A DNA stretch of 63,871 bases, filler included, from Basidiobolus ranarum (GCA_040143965.1; 44 parts of 44 records of this genome joined end to end with filler, not necessarily neighbours in it); one strand, 5' to 3'; positions 1 to 13,439 are shown, counted from the first letter of the whole stretch. Numbers and translations are program-made. The notes: generated by a model from the letters alone, not told the origin.

Positions 1-379
1 GGGCTTTGATGGAGATATTGACACAAACTTGTGTTGGATATGAGCTAAACCTTGGGTATAAAGAACTATGTAAAATATGCAGGAGAATACATCAAAGAAA
101 CTAGGGATTTTGAAGGTGACAAATTAGCATTCAAGTGGTAATTGTGTAAAATTTGAGTTAAGTTTTTTGCACATGTGTTGATCCACAGTTCTCTGAGACT
201 TTAGCCTATCATTTGCAACTATTTTGTGAGATCTTGAAATTTCACTCCTGAAACTGAAAAAATTGATTAAAATCAAATATAACTTGACAATTTTATGACG
301 GTAAGTAAACGGTCAATCCCCAGTGGATTAAAATTGTGATGGTTTTCCTATGATAACAATCCTCAAATTTCTGTTAGGG
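1..379. mobile_element. CMC/CACTA-like DNA transposon end A (ORF2-side terminus, ...AAATTTCTGTTAGGG)
   Basis: Homologous segment ends sharply at TGTTAGGG, or a close variant, at 379, 1879, 4978, 15047, 45802, 49751, 57197 and 60170 with unrelated flanks; inverted degenerate copy at about 38945-39240. Confidence 0.85.
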
Positions 380-1362
380 ATTATAGCTACCAATAATGAT
401 GAAGCTCTCAGGACACAAAAGAGATCTATCAGTCTAATTCAAGATGAGCAAATGCAGTGAACTTATGTATTTTTTAGGTCTGCAGATCTGTACAGATAAA
501 TTGGCAAATCTATTGCTCTAAATCAATGTAAATACATATCAGACATTCTCAGGCATTACAAAATGGAGAATTGAAAGCCATTAGCAACTCCCATGGCTCC
601 AGGTGTGAAACTAGTCAAAAATCCCATGAAAAATGATGAAAATTTGCCAATTATGACTCAAATATATCATCTGAAAGCCCTGAGTTCCCTTATCAATATA
701 TGATTGGTAGTTTGATCTATGCTATGACTGGAACCCAACCAGATATCTCTTTTGCAGTGGGAGTAGTCAGCTAACATGTGCAAAACCCAGGATCTGAGCA
801 TTATGCAGCGGTTAAGGGGATTTTCAGATATTTGAAGAGGACAATTGATCTGGGATTAAGATACACATATTCTTATGAGAATAAGGATCTAACTGGTTTT
901 AGTAATGCATATTGGCAATGTGATATTGAGGACAAAAGATCTATCACTGGATATACCTTTCTGTATAGTGAAGCAGCCATATCTTGGAGTAGCAAGAAGC
1001 ACCCACCATAGCACTTTCAACAACTGAAGCAGAATACATGGCAGCATTACATACAACAAAGGAGGCTATGCGGTTAAGGAAACTGCTCAAAGACTTGGGC
1101 ATTATTCAAAGTTCACCCACCATAAATTTCAAGGATAAACACAGTTGTATTACTTTAGCTAAAAATCCCAAATTTCATGCTAGAAGTAAGCACATTAATT
1201 ATTCAACATCACTTTGTTAGGGAAGCTATTGAATATAAGCACATCCAACTGTGGTACTGTCCAACTGAGGACATGATTGCTGACATCCTTACCAAACCAT
1301 TACCCAAGCCAAAATTTGAAGAATTAAGATTTAAGTTAGGTTTAAGATATATGAATATTTAG
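380..1362 (+). pseudogene. Ty1/copia RT C-terminus and RNase H, frameshifted
   Basis: Motifs SITGYTF..SWSSKK, KNPKFHARSKH, HHFVRE, EDMIADILTKPL. Confidence 0.93.
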
Positions 1363-1462
1363 NNNNNNNNNNNNNNNNNNNNNNNNNNNNNNNNNNNNNN
1401 NNNNNNTTAATTAATTAANNNNNNNNNNNNNNNNNNNNNNNNNNNNNNNNNNNNNNNNNNNN
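1363..1462. other. Artificial assembly linker (44 N + TTAATTAATTAA + 44 N); first of 43 identical linkers in the window
   Basis: The same 100-bp structure recurs about every 1.45 kb; TTAATTAATTAA gives stops in all six frames; contig lengths fall monotonically. Confidence 0.98.
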
Positions 1463-1879
1463 CTGGAAGAATGTTGATTCAGCAACGTAAATACAATGGT
1501 GGGCTTTGATGGAGATATTGATACAAACTTGTGTTGGGTATGAGCTAAACCTTGGGTATGAAGAACTCTATAAAAATATTCAGGAGAATATAGCAAAGAG
1601 ACTAGGAATTTTGAAGGTGCCAAATTAGCATTCAAGTGGTAATTGTGTAAATTTGAGTTATGTTTTCTGCACATGTGTTGATCCATAGTTCTCTGAGACT
1701 GTAGCCAATCATGTGCAACTATTTTGCCAGATCTTGAAATTTCACTCCTGAGACTGAAAAAATTGATCAAAATCAAATCTAACTTGATAATTTTATGATG
1801 ATAAGTAAATGGTCATTCCCAAATGGATTAAAATTGTGATGGTTTTCCTATGATAACAATCCTCAAATTTCTGTTAGGG

Positions 1880-2824
1880 GTAATGGTTGTGATCAATGCT
1901 TCATATATCTTGAAATATTGAAGCACTTCTCCATTGCTTGACAGAAGATATGAAACTGTGAAGTGAGATTTATCATTAATGATGATGAGTAAATATTGTT
2001 GCTTACTTGGTATCAGAGTTTGCATTGGGCCACATAAGTTTGTATGAATAAGATTCAATAAATCTTTGGCTTTGCTAGCTCCTTTTGGAAATGGTTTTCT
2101 GGTGATTTTCCCTTGAATACAGCTTTTACATTCAGTAATATCTAAGGGTTTAAGATCTATTCCTATACGTAGGCTATTTTTATATAATAGTTTTGCACCA
2201 TTATAGTTTAGATGATCTAAGCACTGATGCCAAGTCATCAAGTTTCCAGAAGTAACTGTTGCAAAGTTAGAAACAGTCTCAGTTATTAGTGCAATATCCA
2301 GGTGATATAGATTCCCAATTCTTGTTCCAGTTGCTACTATCAAGTCCTTTGATTTGTAAATGGTTGCTTTTCCTTGGCTGAATTTCACATAATAATATTT
2401 CTTTTCAATTGCTCCAATTGAAAACAGATTTGGTGTAAATGATGGAATATATAAGACATCTTCCAAGGTTACCATTACACTTTTTGTTTAACTTATTTGT
2501 AAGTCAAGTGTGACCTTTCCCAATCCATATGCAACCAGTTTGTTTCTTCCAGCTACCATGATGTCCAGAGGTTCTATTTCCTTATAGTCATGCAGTATGT
2601 TTCTATTGTGACATATATGATCACTTACACCAGAATCTAGATCCCTTCATCAGCAGAGTCATTTCCTGATTTAGAGGTTGCCATAAGTACATAGTGTTCA
2701 TTTCCTCTTTTAGTGGTGTTACATGCTTCCTGAAGCCTATTTCATCTTTGATCTGCAGTAACATGCTATATGTCCCAGTTTTCCACATTTGTAACATTTC
2801 ACAGTGCTCCTGTATGGTTGGCTA
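1880..2824 (-). pseudogene. Ty1/copia zinc knuckle, protease, GAG-pre-integrase and integrase start
   Basis: LEDVLYIPSFTPNLFSI, WHQCLDHLN, CKSCIQGK, LIHTNLCGPM. Confidence 0.9.
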
Positions 2825-2924
2825 NNNNNNNNNNNNNNNNNNNNNNNNNNNNNNNNNNNNNNNNNNNNTTAATTAATTAANNNNNNNNNNNNNNNNNNNN
2901 NNNNNNNNNNNNNNNNNNNNNNNN

Positions 2925-4286
2925 TGTGTTTGGCAGTTCTTGCCTCTTCAACCATGGTAGAAGCTTCATCCCCTTTGACTGGCCATGGCCATGGTCACAT
3001 GGCAGTACATGTTGGAGCAAGTCATCTACCTTGTGGTTTGTGTTTGGTGGTTATTGCTTCTTCAACCACAGTGGAAGCTTCATCTTTTTTGACTGGCCAT
3101 TGCATGGTTGCATTCCTGTACATGTTGGAGCAAGTTATCTACCTTGAGGCTCATGTTTGGCAGTTCTTGCCTCTTCAGCCATGGTAGAAACTTCATCTCT
3201 TTCAACTAGTTGCTGTAACCTCTGGTGCAAGGTGGAATGCATTGAGGCATATTGTCTGCCTTGATGTTTGCGTTTGACTGTTGTGGCTTCTTCAAGCTCA
3301 GTAAGAGCTTCACTATCTCTCTCAAACACCTGTTGTCTTGGTCTTGTGAGGGTATGTGTTGTAACTGATTGCTGTCTCAGTAGATTGCCCTCAGGTGTCA
3401 GATCTTCATCCAACAAGGGGAAGGTTCAATAATTCTTGTGGTTGGCCTTTGTTGCTGTCACTTGGTAATACACATTAAACTGGTATGTCTTTCTGGTGGC
3501 ATGCTCCTTGGAGCTGACTCTTCTCCAGATGTAAAAAGCTCACTGATTGGTTTGGTTGAATCAGGTAAATGATGCACTATGATGCATGAGAATGCGGGCC
3601 ATCCTCTTTCTGGTTCTTCAACAAAAATGGGAGAAACATCATGGACTCTTCCAAGCTGGCATTGCTGTCAATGTGTACTACTAGCTGATGAACCAACTTG
3701 TTAGGCTCTTGGCCTTGTTGGAGGTGTTACCTCAATTCTAGTGGTGAGTTGTTTAGATTCTTCTCATGAAATAAATTCCTTGTCAGGAGTCTCTTCAATT
3801 TGGAATGATCTGATACATCTCTGCAGCAGTCTAGAATGCTCCAATTCACCTTTGGTAATATCTTCTGATTCATTAAATTGTTTTGCTTTTCTCTTTGCAC
3901 CTCTGTTGAATACTCTTGCCTTAGTGTCCTGAAATGTTGTTTTGAACTCTGTAACCTCAATTGACAGTTGCTGCAAAGTCTCCTTGAGTAGTGGTGGATA
4001 TCTATTTAGAACATCTTTTGTCTCTAAAGTTGAGGCCGCAAAGGTTGCTTCTGGTCCATACAAGCAAAAATGCAATTGGAATTGTGTCTTTGCGGACTCA
4101 AAATTAAAATTCCTATTTCTCAATTCACTCTTTCTATCCTCATGAGTCTTGTTGTATACTTTCTTGCAGACATCTGAAGGCATGAATATATAGTAGTCTC
4201 TCCAAAGCAGAGTCAAAAGTTGCTTCCACTTTTGTCTAATGCCCCCTTCCCCAGCTTCTGTCAAGCTTATCAATAACTCCCATATA
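2925..4286 (-). pseudogene. Accessory ORF of PHIS/Harbinger-like transposon (decayed, function unknown)
   Basis: LTEAGEGGIRQKWKQLLTLLW is shared with 34981-35830, which in turn matches 5848-6120, the segment divergent from the DDE transposase. Confidence 0.65.
2927..3315. repeat. Degenerate tandem repeat, unit about 114 bp, about 3.4 copies, inside the PHIS accessory ORF
   Basis: Unit starts TGTTTGGCAGTTCTTGCCTCTTCA, or variants, at 2927, 3041, 3154 and 3271. Confidence 0.8.
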
Positions 4287-4386
4287 NNNNNNNNNNNNNN
4301 NNNNNNNNNNNNNNNNNNNNNNNNNNNNNNTTAATTAATTAANNNNNNNNNNNNNNNNNNNNNNNNNNNNNNNNNNNNNNNNNNNN

Positions 4387-4813
4387 CTAACTGTTGACTA
4401 GTTGCTTCCAAATGCTGCATTAATTGCAATATTGCGGCGTTATTGCTTGTCATGGCCTGTATAGCAACTTCATAGTTTTTACTTATGATTGCATACAAAT
4501 CATTACAGTGTTCTGCCTGCGATTCCCTTATTGTAATAATTCTATCCAAATTTTCTATGGAGGGTTGTTCAATAGTGGGCAAAGTAGCCATTTTGGAAGT
4601 TGATGGTCTTGATGGTGTTTTGGTTGAACTTTGCTCAACTATTGATTTACTATGTAATTGGGGGATTACAATCTCTTCACTTGCACTATCGCTGGAAAGG
4701 AACACATCTGGTAAATTGATTAATGCTTCATCATTACTTGAGTTAGTTTCCGGCATGTTAATGCCTTCCAAAGTGGATAGTGGATTGTTAGACTGCTCAT
4801 CAATTTAGTCCTC
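4387..4813 (-). pseudogene. CMC/CACTA element ORF2 fragment (PETNSSNDEALINLPDVF...)
   Basis: Homologous to the ORF starting at 17082, which is divergent from the CMC transposase. Confidence 0.7.
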
Positions 4814-4978
4814 GCAACTATTTTGCAAGATCTTGAAATTTCACTTCTGAAACTGAAAAAATTGATTAAAATCAAATCTAACCTGACAATTTTATGACGG
4901 TAAGTAAATGGTCAACCCCAAATGGATTAATATTGTGATGGTTTTCCTACGATAACAATCCTCAAATTTCTGTTAGGG

Positions 4979-5375
4979 TACAATGTTGCTACACAGGCCA
5001 TGACAAGTAATAATACCACAATATTGCAATTAATGCAGTGTTTGGAAGCAATTACCCAACAGTTAGAGAGTCACTCAACAATAATACAAGACCTTCAGAA
5101 TACTGTATCTGAGCTACAGCAACATGATGCTCCCTCTGTCCAATCTCATATGGGATTTCAATCAATCCCACACCATATATATGAATGTCACCATCACAAG
5201 CTAGCAGAGCAGAATATTTGTTGGACCATTAAGCCTACACAACAACCCAAAATTGCTTGTGCACAAGAAAGTAGATATCTCATAGGAAAACTGGCAAACG
5301 AAAAGACTCTGAATGTCAGAGCTGCCATCACTTGCTCTGATGATGAGTGGTTTGACATTTGGGAAACTGTGCGGA
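4979..5375 (+). pseudogene. CMC/CACTA element ORF2 fragment (coiled-coil-like region)
   Basis: QAMTSNNTTILQLMQ overlaps the end of the 4387-4813 fragment. Confidence 0.65.
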
Positions 5376-5847
5376 ATCTTGCCTTTCTGTTAGATTCCTT
5401 ATTCAGTATATTATGTTTAACCTTGCAATATCTATATAAGCTCTGTGTTCTTCTTGATCGGACTGAGGTCTGATCAAAACCATAGTAAAAATAAAATTTA
5501 TTTGATCTGGATCAGATCCACCCTCCAAAAAAGCAAAACCATCAGAGAACCATCACAATATTTGTGGCTTGCATTCTGCCAGGGATTTTGATGGTGTGAT
5601 AGTGCTTTTGTGATGGTATTTTGACAGTATTCATGCATGTTTAAATATTTTTCCTCAAATTTGGCCTGTCTTGTTCAATATCTGGCCATTTTGGCAAAAA
5701 TCTAATTTTTAAATGGCAAATAGCTTGGTTTACTGCTGTAGGAATTTNNNNNNNNNNNNNNNNNNNNNNNNNNNNNNNNNNNNNNNNNNNNTTAATTAAT
5801 TAANNNNNNNNNNNNNNNNNNNNNNNNNNNNNNNNNNNNNNNNNNNN

Positions 5848-6120
5848 GGATACTTGGGCTTCTGTAAAATCATTGGGTGTGTGCTGCTTTGTGCCACCCA
5901 CACCTTTATTTGACTGAGCATGCAAAATTTTGGAAGTGGTGGTCTCCTGTACCAAAGTAGGTTATGAATCTGGAAGAATCTGTTTTGACATGATACATAA
6001 CTACCATATGTGTCTATGATGTTAGACTTTATTGGTTTCAATCAAAATTAGGGATCTCTTTATATTATTGATTAATTTGTCAAAGTTAATTTCCTATAGT
6101 GTGATCAAGCATAATGCATT
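5848..6120 (-). pseudogene. 5' part of PHIS accessory ORF, divergent from the transposase
   Basis: KPIKSNIIDTYGSY is shared with 35253-35753. Confidence 0.6.
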
Positions 6121-6323
6121 CTGCTTTGAGCCATTTTGATATGTATGCAAAATAAATTGATTCAGATTGAACTATGATTAACTTTGCTGATGCAGTTTAT
6201 TATATAGTTTCAATGCAATTACACATAACTGGAATAAATAGGAAAATAAACACAAACAGAAATTTTATTTTACGGAATGTAGGGAATTTACCAAAATAAT
6301 TAAAATTCTTAGATAAATAACTC

Positions 6324-7207
6324 ATGGGCACCAGATTGATCTGTATTGTGCTAGCTCAATACAAGATTAATATCATGCTCTCCATCTACTCTGAAAGGCC
6401 ATTCCTCATTAATTCAAAAGTAACTACTAGCCTTCCTAACACCACCCTAGAGGCTATATTTGAGAAATACTGTGGCTCATATACTCCAATACCTTCCAGA
6501 AAGCAGCTAGTCAATTTGTTTTGTTACTATAAAACTATTGTCCAATCAGATTGCAGTGCCTATTAGTAGTAGTAAAAGTGGGAGAAGCTTCTATACCAGG
6601 CTTCAAGTAAGTGAGAGTTATCTAGCTTCAGTGATGAATGATGTTGAAGGTGCCTGAGATGGAGGATTCAGAGACTCTCATTTCCTTCCATTTCCTGTAG
6701 TGTTTCCCAATAGAGTTCATATCGGAAGTATTCTTGACACATTTCTTGTGAGATTTAACAGGCCCCAAAGCAGCCAAAAGCTATTCTATTCTGGCAAGTA
6801 CAATGCTCACTGTGTAAAGTTACAGGCTTTCACAGATTTGGAAGGAATAATATTTGGTTTGGTGGGCCACATCCATGGAGACAGCATGACAAAAGACTTT
6901 GGGTTTAGAGGCATGCACCATTTGTAAGATATGAGAAGACTATGGCTGATTTGGCATATGTTGGGGAAGAATGCAGAAGGCTAGGATGTGTCACTGCTAA
7001 CAAGAGGCCCAAAGGAGGGATACTCACAGAGAGGCAAAAGCTTTATAATGACATTTTTTCCCATTTTAGAGCAAGAGGAGAACATAGCTTTGGTTTCCTA
7101 AAGAGATATAGCATTGTAGCAGGAAAGTATAGAGGAAAATCATTTTGTGGGCCTCAATCAAAGTTAGGCAAAGTAGTCAAAATTTTGATTAATTCTCAAT
7201 ACATCCA
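6324..7207 (+). pseudogene. PHIS (PIF/Harbinger-ISL2EU-Pangu) DDE_Tnp_4-type transposase, decayed
   Basis: ILDT..RP..FYSGKYNAHCVKLQ, ADLAYVG, KRPKGGILTERQKLYN..SHFRARGEHSFGFLK. Confidence 0.88.
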
Positions 7208-7307
7208 NNNNNNNNNNNNNNNNNNNNNNNNNNNNNNNNNNNNNNNNNNNNTTAATTAATTAANNNNNNNNNNNNNNNNNNNNNNNNNNNNNNNNNNNNN
7301 NNNNNNN

Positions 7308-7499
7308 CAAAGGAAGCTTGGTAGGAATAGGCCAGTCACCTTCAGCGGCATGGAGATCAGTGTGGCAAACACCGGTGTATTCAATCTTGACGAGAACATC
7401 ATCAGGTCCAGGAGTAGGAACAGAGATAGTCTTGATCTCAACGGGTTTCTCGTGAGATTCGATGACGGCAGCCTTTTGAGTCTTGGGAATTTGACACAT
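7308..7499 (-). CDS. ADH: Zinc-dependent alcohol dehydrogenase, N-terminal fragment
   Basis: MCQIPKTQKAAV...YTGVCHTDLHA..GDWP. Confidence 0.95.
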
Positions 7500-8767
7500 T
7501 ATGAATTATTGTCTTGTTAAATTTTAGGAACTGCCATACACTTATATATATGTAAGGGAAATTTGTGTGACATAGTTTTGACATGTTATGTAAGTATATC
7601 GATATCATGCTTGTGTTGATAGTTGTTTACAGGACTCTATTAGACGAATCTTCCACTGATAACATGCCTCTGGTCTTTCTTATTCTCTAGACTCAAATTT
7701 TCGTTCCTTCAAAGTTAAGTTATTCCGATGATCGACAGCTCTGGACCTATATAAATACCGTATATATCCCTCATCTTCAGTATAAAATACCTATGATATT
7801 GTTGTATTAAATTGGTAATCCGTGATATCCCTATCATTTGGATCTCGAATTATTGAGAGAAACTGGTTATTAAATGGTAATTTCTGCAAGCACATGAATA
7901 ACATGGATATAAGGGGATAATAATATTTAATCTTGGAAATCAGACTTTATGACGACGATCCCCACAGAGACCATCTATAGAAATCGTAAGAAGATTTAAC
8001 TTGGCTTGCATTTACAACCCAACCCCCCAAATATGCTATAACTCAATAGTTGAGCAAAGCTCTGTAGAGATGCTGTCAAGACTATTAACTTTGAACATGC
8101 CTACTTCACAAGCTATTGAACACCTCTCCATAGTTAATTTGTATAGAATCAGTACTACAAAGGAATCTCAGGCAGAACACAGTAATGATGTATATGAGCT
8201 CATAAGTAAACAACTTTAAGGTTGTTATACAGGCCATGATAAGCAATAATGCTGGCCTTGCAATCCACTTACAGGTCTTCTCATTTTCCTTACCCAGCAA
8301 TACTAATACATTTGTGCATTTATTTTAGGATTTGCATATTCTAGTATTCTCCACAAATGATGTTGCTAGTTTAAGACATATCTACGTTAATTGTAAATTT
8401 CTCAGGAAATTACAAATGTTGCTATGATTTATCTCTACAATGATGGCTAATTCTATGGTTTCAGAAGATGTATCCTGATTGGCTTCACACTGGCCAATCA
8501 TAATTAGTCTTGGCTGAAACAAAAGATTTCTATGCTGAACATTCTAGGATTTCAGGAACCTCTTTGCCACTACCTTATATTGCAACTGATATGTCACTTA
8601 CCCCCAACTCCCCAACTGCTTTAATATATATTCACTGCTATGCCACCCTGTTTCCAATCATCTAAAGNNNNNNNNNNNNNNNNNNNNNNNNNNNNNNNNN
8701 NNNNNNNNNNNTTAATTAATTAANNNNNNNNNNNNNNNNNNNNNNNNNNNNNNNNNNNNNNNNNNNN

Positions 8768-9969
8768 ATGCACTTACTATTCAACAACATTCCAAAACTA
8801 CTTACTCAGCTATATAGTGGAAAATTCAATATGAATGAGCTATTTGAGATAGGATCAAAGTTTGAATCAATTGGATAAAATGCTTGAAAGCATCAAGATA
8901 CCATCATATTTTACCTGGACTCCCATCAATATCCACTCATCTAGGCATTTTTTCAAATGCAAGGACTGGAAGTATTGGATTTGTATATATTCAAGTGGAA
9001 TTTTGAAAAGATTTCTGCCTGATAAGTGTTGGCAACATTGGGAGTTGTTTGTGGATATTGTTAATATATTTGTACAGCATCAACTCACATGGGCAGATGT
9101 CAGGCAGATACAGCAACTGTGTGAAGATTTTGTAATTGGATATGAAAAACATCATTACAGGTTTAAAGAAGATTGACTGAATCTATGACAGTATTCAATA
9201 CATTCCCTGCTGCATCTTTGACAATGCTTAGAGATTATTGACCCTTGCTATACATTCTGGGAGTTCCCAATGGAGCGCACCTATAGCAAAATGATGCTCC
9301 GTGTGAAATTGTCAGTATTACCATATGCTAATCTGATTAACAATGTATCAGCAAAATCAGTGAAGGATGTAATGCAATGGGTTAAGGAGACTCCAGAGTA
9401 TATTAACCTGCTAACAAAGGGCTCTTATCAATGTGATCATGGGTTATTGCATTGTTTCAGCACAATTACAGCAACAAAGCCCAATCCATGGACACAGAGT
9501 AAGTACCTTTATAATTGGACTAATTTGCTTGTGTGATAATCTGATGGTATTTTTAGGAAAGCTGCAAGACAGACTTCTTGGTGAGATAGATGGAGATACG
9601 CAGTATTATCGTTTTAGCCATGGGGTAATCTATTCAAGCAATGACACATCTACTTGTGGCAGGACATTTGTTGACTGCAAGTTGGGGATATATTGGCTGA
9701 ATTCTTTATGGAAATTTGCCAAAATCCAAGAGCTTATTCTCATCATGAATGGTAACAAAAGTCAGCTATTTGCCAAGTGTCAGTGCTATTCAAAATTTCA
9801 GATGTTTAGCAATTTTTCCACCATTAGTTTGCTGGTAAAGCATATTGATGTTGTTGAGTTATGTCTAATCAGTCAAATATGTGCATATGTAGAGACTAAA
9901 CACAACAAGATTCTTGTATTTTTTGATTCTCATTATGGCTGGAATACAAAGCCTAAAATATCTAAATAA
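8768..9969 (+). pseudogene. CMC/CACTA-type transposase, C-terminal part
   Basis: MHLLFNNI, FKCKDWKYW, IHSLLHL..GPCYTFWEFPMER pattern. Confidence 0.85.
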
Positions 9970-10226
9970 AGGCATGCATATTGATTCAAATTCCTACAGC
10001 AGTAAACCCAGTAATTTGCCATTTGAAAATTTCTTTTTTGCAAAAATTGCTGGATATTGAATAATGCATGCCAAATTTGAGGATCAATATTTTAACATGT
10101 ATGAATACTGTTAAGATTGTTGAGATNNNNNNNNNNNNNNNNNNNNNNNNNNNNNNNNNNNNNNNNNNNNTTAATTAATTAANNNNNNNNNNNNNNNNNN
10201 NNNNNNNNNNNNNNNNNNNNNNNNNN

Positions 10227-10388
10227 GGTAAATAGCAACTCATTATTTAGTAGTTAGTTTATTCATATTCTGATTATTTAGCACTCAATTCTGTTATTCA
10301 AAAACGTGTGTTTATTGCTCTAATTGATAGAAATATCTTATCTATGCATGATGGGTAGTTTAATGTATACAATGGCTGGAACAAGTCT
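10227..10388. mobile_element. PHIS-family element end (GGAACAAGTCT)
   Basis: Reverse complement of the AGACTTGTTCC end seen at 10803 and 36087. Confidence 0.55.
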
Positions 10389-10399
10389 AGACAATGCTG

Positions 10400-10800
10400 T
10401 GGCAGTAGAAACTTTTGGCAATATCTTAAAATCCTGGATCTGAGGACAAAACTGCTATAAATTAAATATTCAGGTATTTAAAGGAAATGTAGATCTAGTT
10501 CTGTAACACTCTGGTAATCCTGATGTGCAAAGTTTCAAAGGCTACAGTTATGCAAACTGGAGAAGAAACCTTGATGATTGAAGTTCAACAACCAGGTACA
10601 CTTTTATGTATGGTAATGGAGCCATAATTTGGAGTGGTAAGAAGAAACCAACTGTAGCACTATCCACCACAGAAGCAGAGTATAGGACTGCCTCTGCTAC
10701 TACACCAGAAGCTATGTACTTAAGGAAGTTATTTACAGACCGAGGATACATGCAAAAATATGCTATTACTGCTTTTGAAGTTAAGCAAAGTTGCATTTCA
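10400..10800 (+). pseudogene. Ty1/copia RT-RNase H fragment
   Basis: GAIIWSGKKKPTVALSTTEAEY. Confidence 0.85.
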
Positions 10801-10802
10801 TT

Positions 10803-11585
10803 AGACTTGTTCCATCAGACCAGGTCAAATTGTGCTGTCCAATCCAGCCTGCTATCACAACATCTGGCACAATCTGTCAATTACCATGACTAGGTCCTAT
10901 AACACTTGATTGGACTCTATAAGGAACAATTTGGCATTATCCCAGCACATTCTGACAAAATAATTTTTTTGCAGATTTTGTGCCAGGCTGTACCAAGTTA
11001 TCTGATTTAGAATTGCCAAATTAAGATTTTGGGTAACTGACAAAGCAAGTGCAGTATGATAGTAATGATCAGGATCACTTGATTCATCATTTTTGGATCA
11101 GCAAATTATTTGTTCAATCATGTAAGTCTCTTTTTGGGTGAGAACATGAATGAATTGAGCCATATGAAGCCAATATGGCTGCACAAGCTTTTTATTGACA
11201 GACATTTTTCATTTCATTGTAGTGAAATTGCTTGTATTAATAGGCTTTCATTAATTTTTTGATATATGAAGATTTCCTGTTATCAGTGTTTCATAAGGAC
11301 ATAAGCAATTGTGATCCAACTAGAGCAATTTATGCTATATTTAACTGCAATCCCTATTGATTTTGCATGATGCACTAAACAGTAAAGTTAGGATAAAGTA
11401 AGTATTAACAAGAGCATTCAGCAGTTGCCCAAGTTCAAGGTGGTACATGCTGATTTGCTTCAGTTACTTTTGTTGTCTCCTTGATATTTCCATGGAAAGA
11501 ACTTTGCTTGAACCTCTGCACTGAGTTAGTTGGTTTGATCCTGCGGAAGTTCCTCTACCTTGGCAAGCATGAGTTGTGGCTTGAG
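10803..11585. mobile_element. PHIS-family element end (TIR AGACTTGTTCC) inserted at ATT in a copia RNase H
   Basis: About 240 bp homologous to 36087-36334; copia homology stops exactly here. Confidence 0.75.
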
Positions 11586-13011
11586 NNNNNNNNNNNNNNN
11601 NNNNNNNNNNNNNNNNNNNNNNNNNNNNNTTAATTAATTAANNNNNNNNNNNNNNNNNNNNNNNNNNNNNNNNNNNNNNNNNNNNGAAATGAGTTCGTGA
11701 TAGTTTCCATTCCATAAAGTACTATATATACTGAGCCAAATATTGACCTAAACTATTATAGGGACTTTCCTGAAGGTTGTGATCAACCAATTGGGTGTCT
11801 TCAACTACCACATTCTATTTCCTAAGCATATGATTGGAAGAACTTAGTTTAAGGTATAGTCTTTTTCAAGTAACACGAATAAATAGAAAGCCATATTCCC
11901 TGATATTTATTATAATTTATATTAGAGGATTACCGATAACCCAACAGCTGACAGGTAAGTGGAAACTTCGCCCCTTCTCCCCTTCTCCCCACAATGGAAG
12001 TATACCACGATACATATATAGCTTCTTTTGGTCATTTTGCACATACTCACTTCATTTAACTAAGAAACATTTATCACGTCTGTTAAAAGTTAATTTTGGA
12101 AAAAATTGAAGCATGGCCAAGACGTGTTAACTTCGTTTGGTAACTTTTTAAGGCGGGTTTTTCACCTTGAAACCGCTTCTAAGAACACCTAACACTGATT
12201 TGTGTACCCAGAAATGAAAATTTTCGGAGCCAATGGTTGAGTGAATTTTAAGCATGGAGTGTACATACTTTGTTCATTGGCGTGATCATCTATCATTAGA
12301 TTTATCAGCTAATAAGGACTATCACGGGAAATATTTTCCGAGATAGCGTCACAATATTCATTATCTGACAGCCTGTATAGTAACCTGTACCTTGCTCTTT
12401 ATCGTACGTACCCACAAACTACTCTAACAGTCAGCGTCTCACCATTCTACAAGTAAGCTTAAAAGCTAATCTGTTATCTCCACCAATCATCGAGCATCTT
12501 CATGGTAACCACCCCATTCTGCATTCTGATTGGTTAAGCTAAGTCAAACCACTGACATATCATTACAATAAGGTATAATCTGAAGCAAATCTCAATATTA
12601 ATCTGAAGGTAATGCTTTAACGATGTCTAGGGGGCTTACGACGACAATATCGAGAAGAATAAGGTTAAAACTTCACGCATCCAATTATTGCTAGAGTACC
12701 AGTTTGGCAAGTGCAATATTGATGTCGGTAAATTTGGAAATTTCAGTGAGATATTAATATAGGTGGATTTGGAAATTTCTCTGTAAGAGACTTAAGGGTT
12801 TGTGTTAAATTATGATGACGAATTGAGATCGAGACTTGTATTTTTGAAAAAGTAACACCTAAAAAATTACTATATCCGTCTTAGTGCCATTGTCCAATAA
12901 TGTTTCATTCTCAAAGTCGTGCTATTTGAAGGAGTATGATTGGCTATATTGAGTCTTGGTATCATAATTCACTGTCTTATAAAACCAGAAGACTAGTGCC
13001 TACCTGAATAC

Positions 13012-13044
13012 TCACAGCTTAGCTGACAACTTCTCATCAGTTAT
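13012..13044 (-). CDS. Possible 3' end of a peroxisomal protein (ITDEKLSAKL*)
   Basis: Short open frame at a contig end ending in PTS1-like AKL; contig is CpG-rich and host-like. Confidence 0.3.
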   Translation of the reverse strand: MTDEKLSAKL

Positions 13045-13439
13045 NNNNNNNNNNNNNNNNNNNNNNNNNNNNNNNNNNNNNNNNNNNNTTAATTAATTAA
13101 NNNNNNNNNNNNNNNNNNNNNNNNNNNNNNNNNNNNNNNNNNNNACTTTCATATGTACAAGCAATTTCAGGTTGTTGTGTAGGCTTAATGGTCCAACACA
13201 TATTCCACTCTGCTAGGTTGTCATGGTGATGTTCATATATATGGTGTGGATACTCTGGTCACTACTACTTTTCCATAGTATCAGAGCTTCCAGCATAGAA
13301 TCACTGTTGCCAATTCAAGCTCTTGGAGATTGTTCTCAGCCATAGAGTGTTTTCCAGAGTGGGAAAGCTTTTTTAGGGTTTTTTTGGCACCCAAATCAAT
13401 CTGATGATGCACTATAGTTCTCCTCAGCAAGCTTGCCTT

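Noticed and set aside
1463-1776. Recurrent minus-strand ORF HNYHLNANLSP (also 14548, 23288, 45456, 56683)
   Set aside because: Antisense reading of the CMC ORF2 3' end and terminus; starts and stops vary among copies
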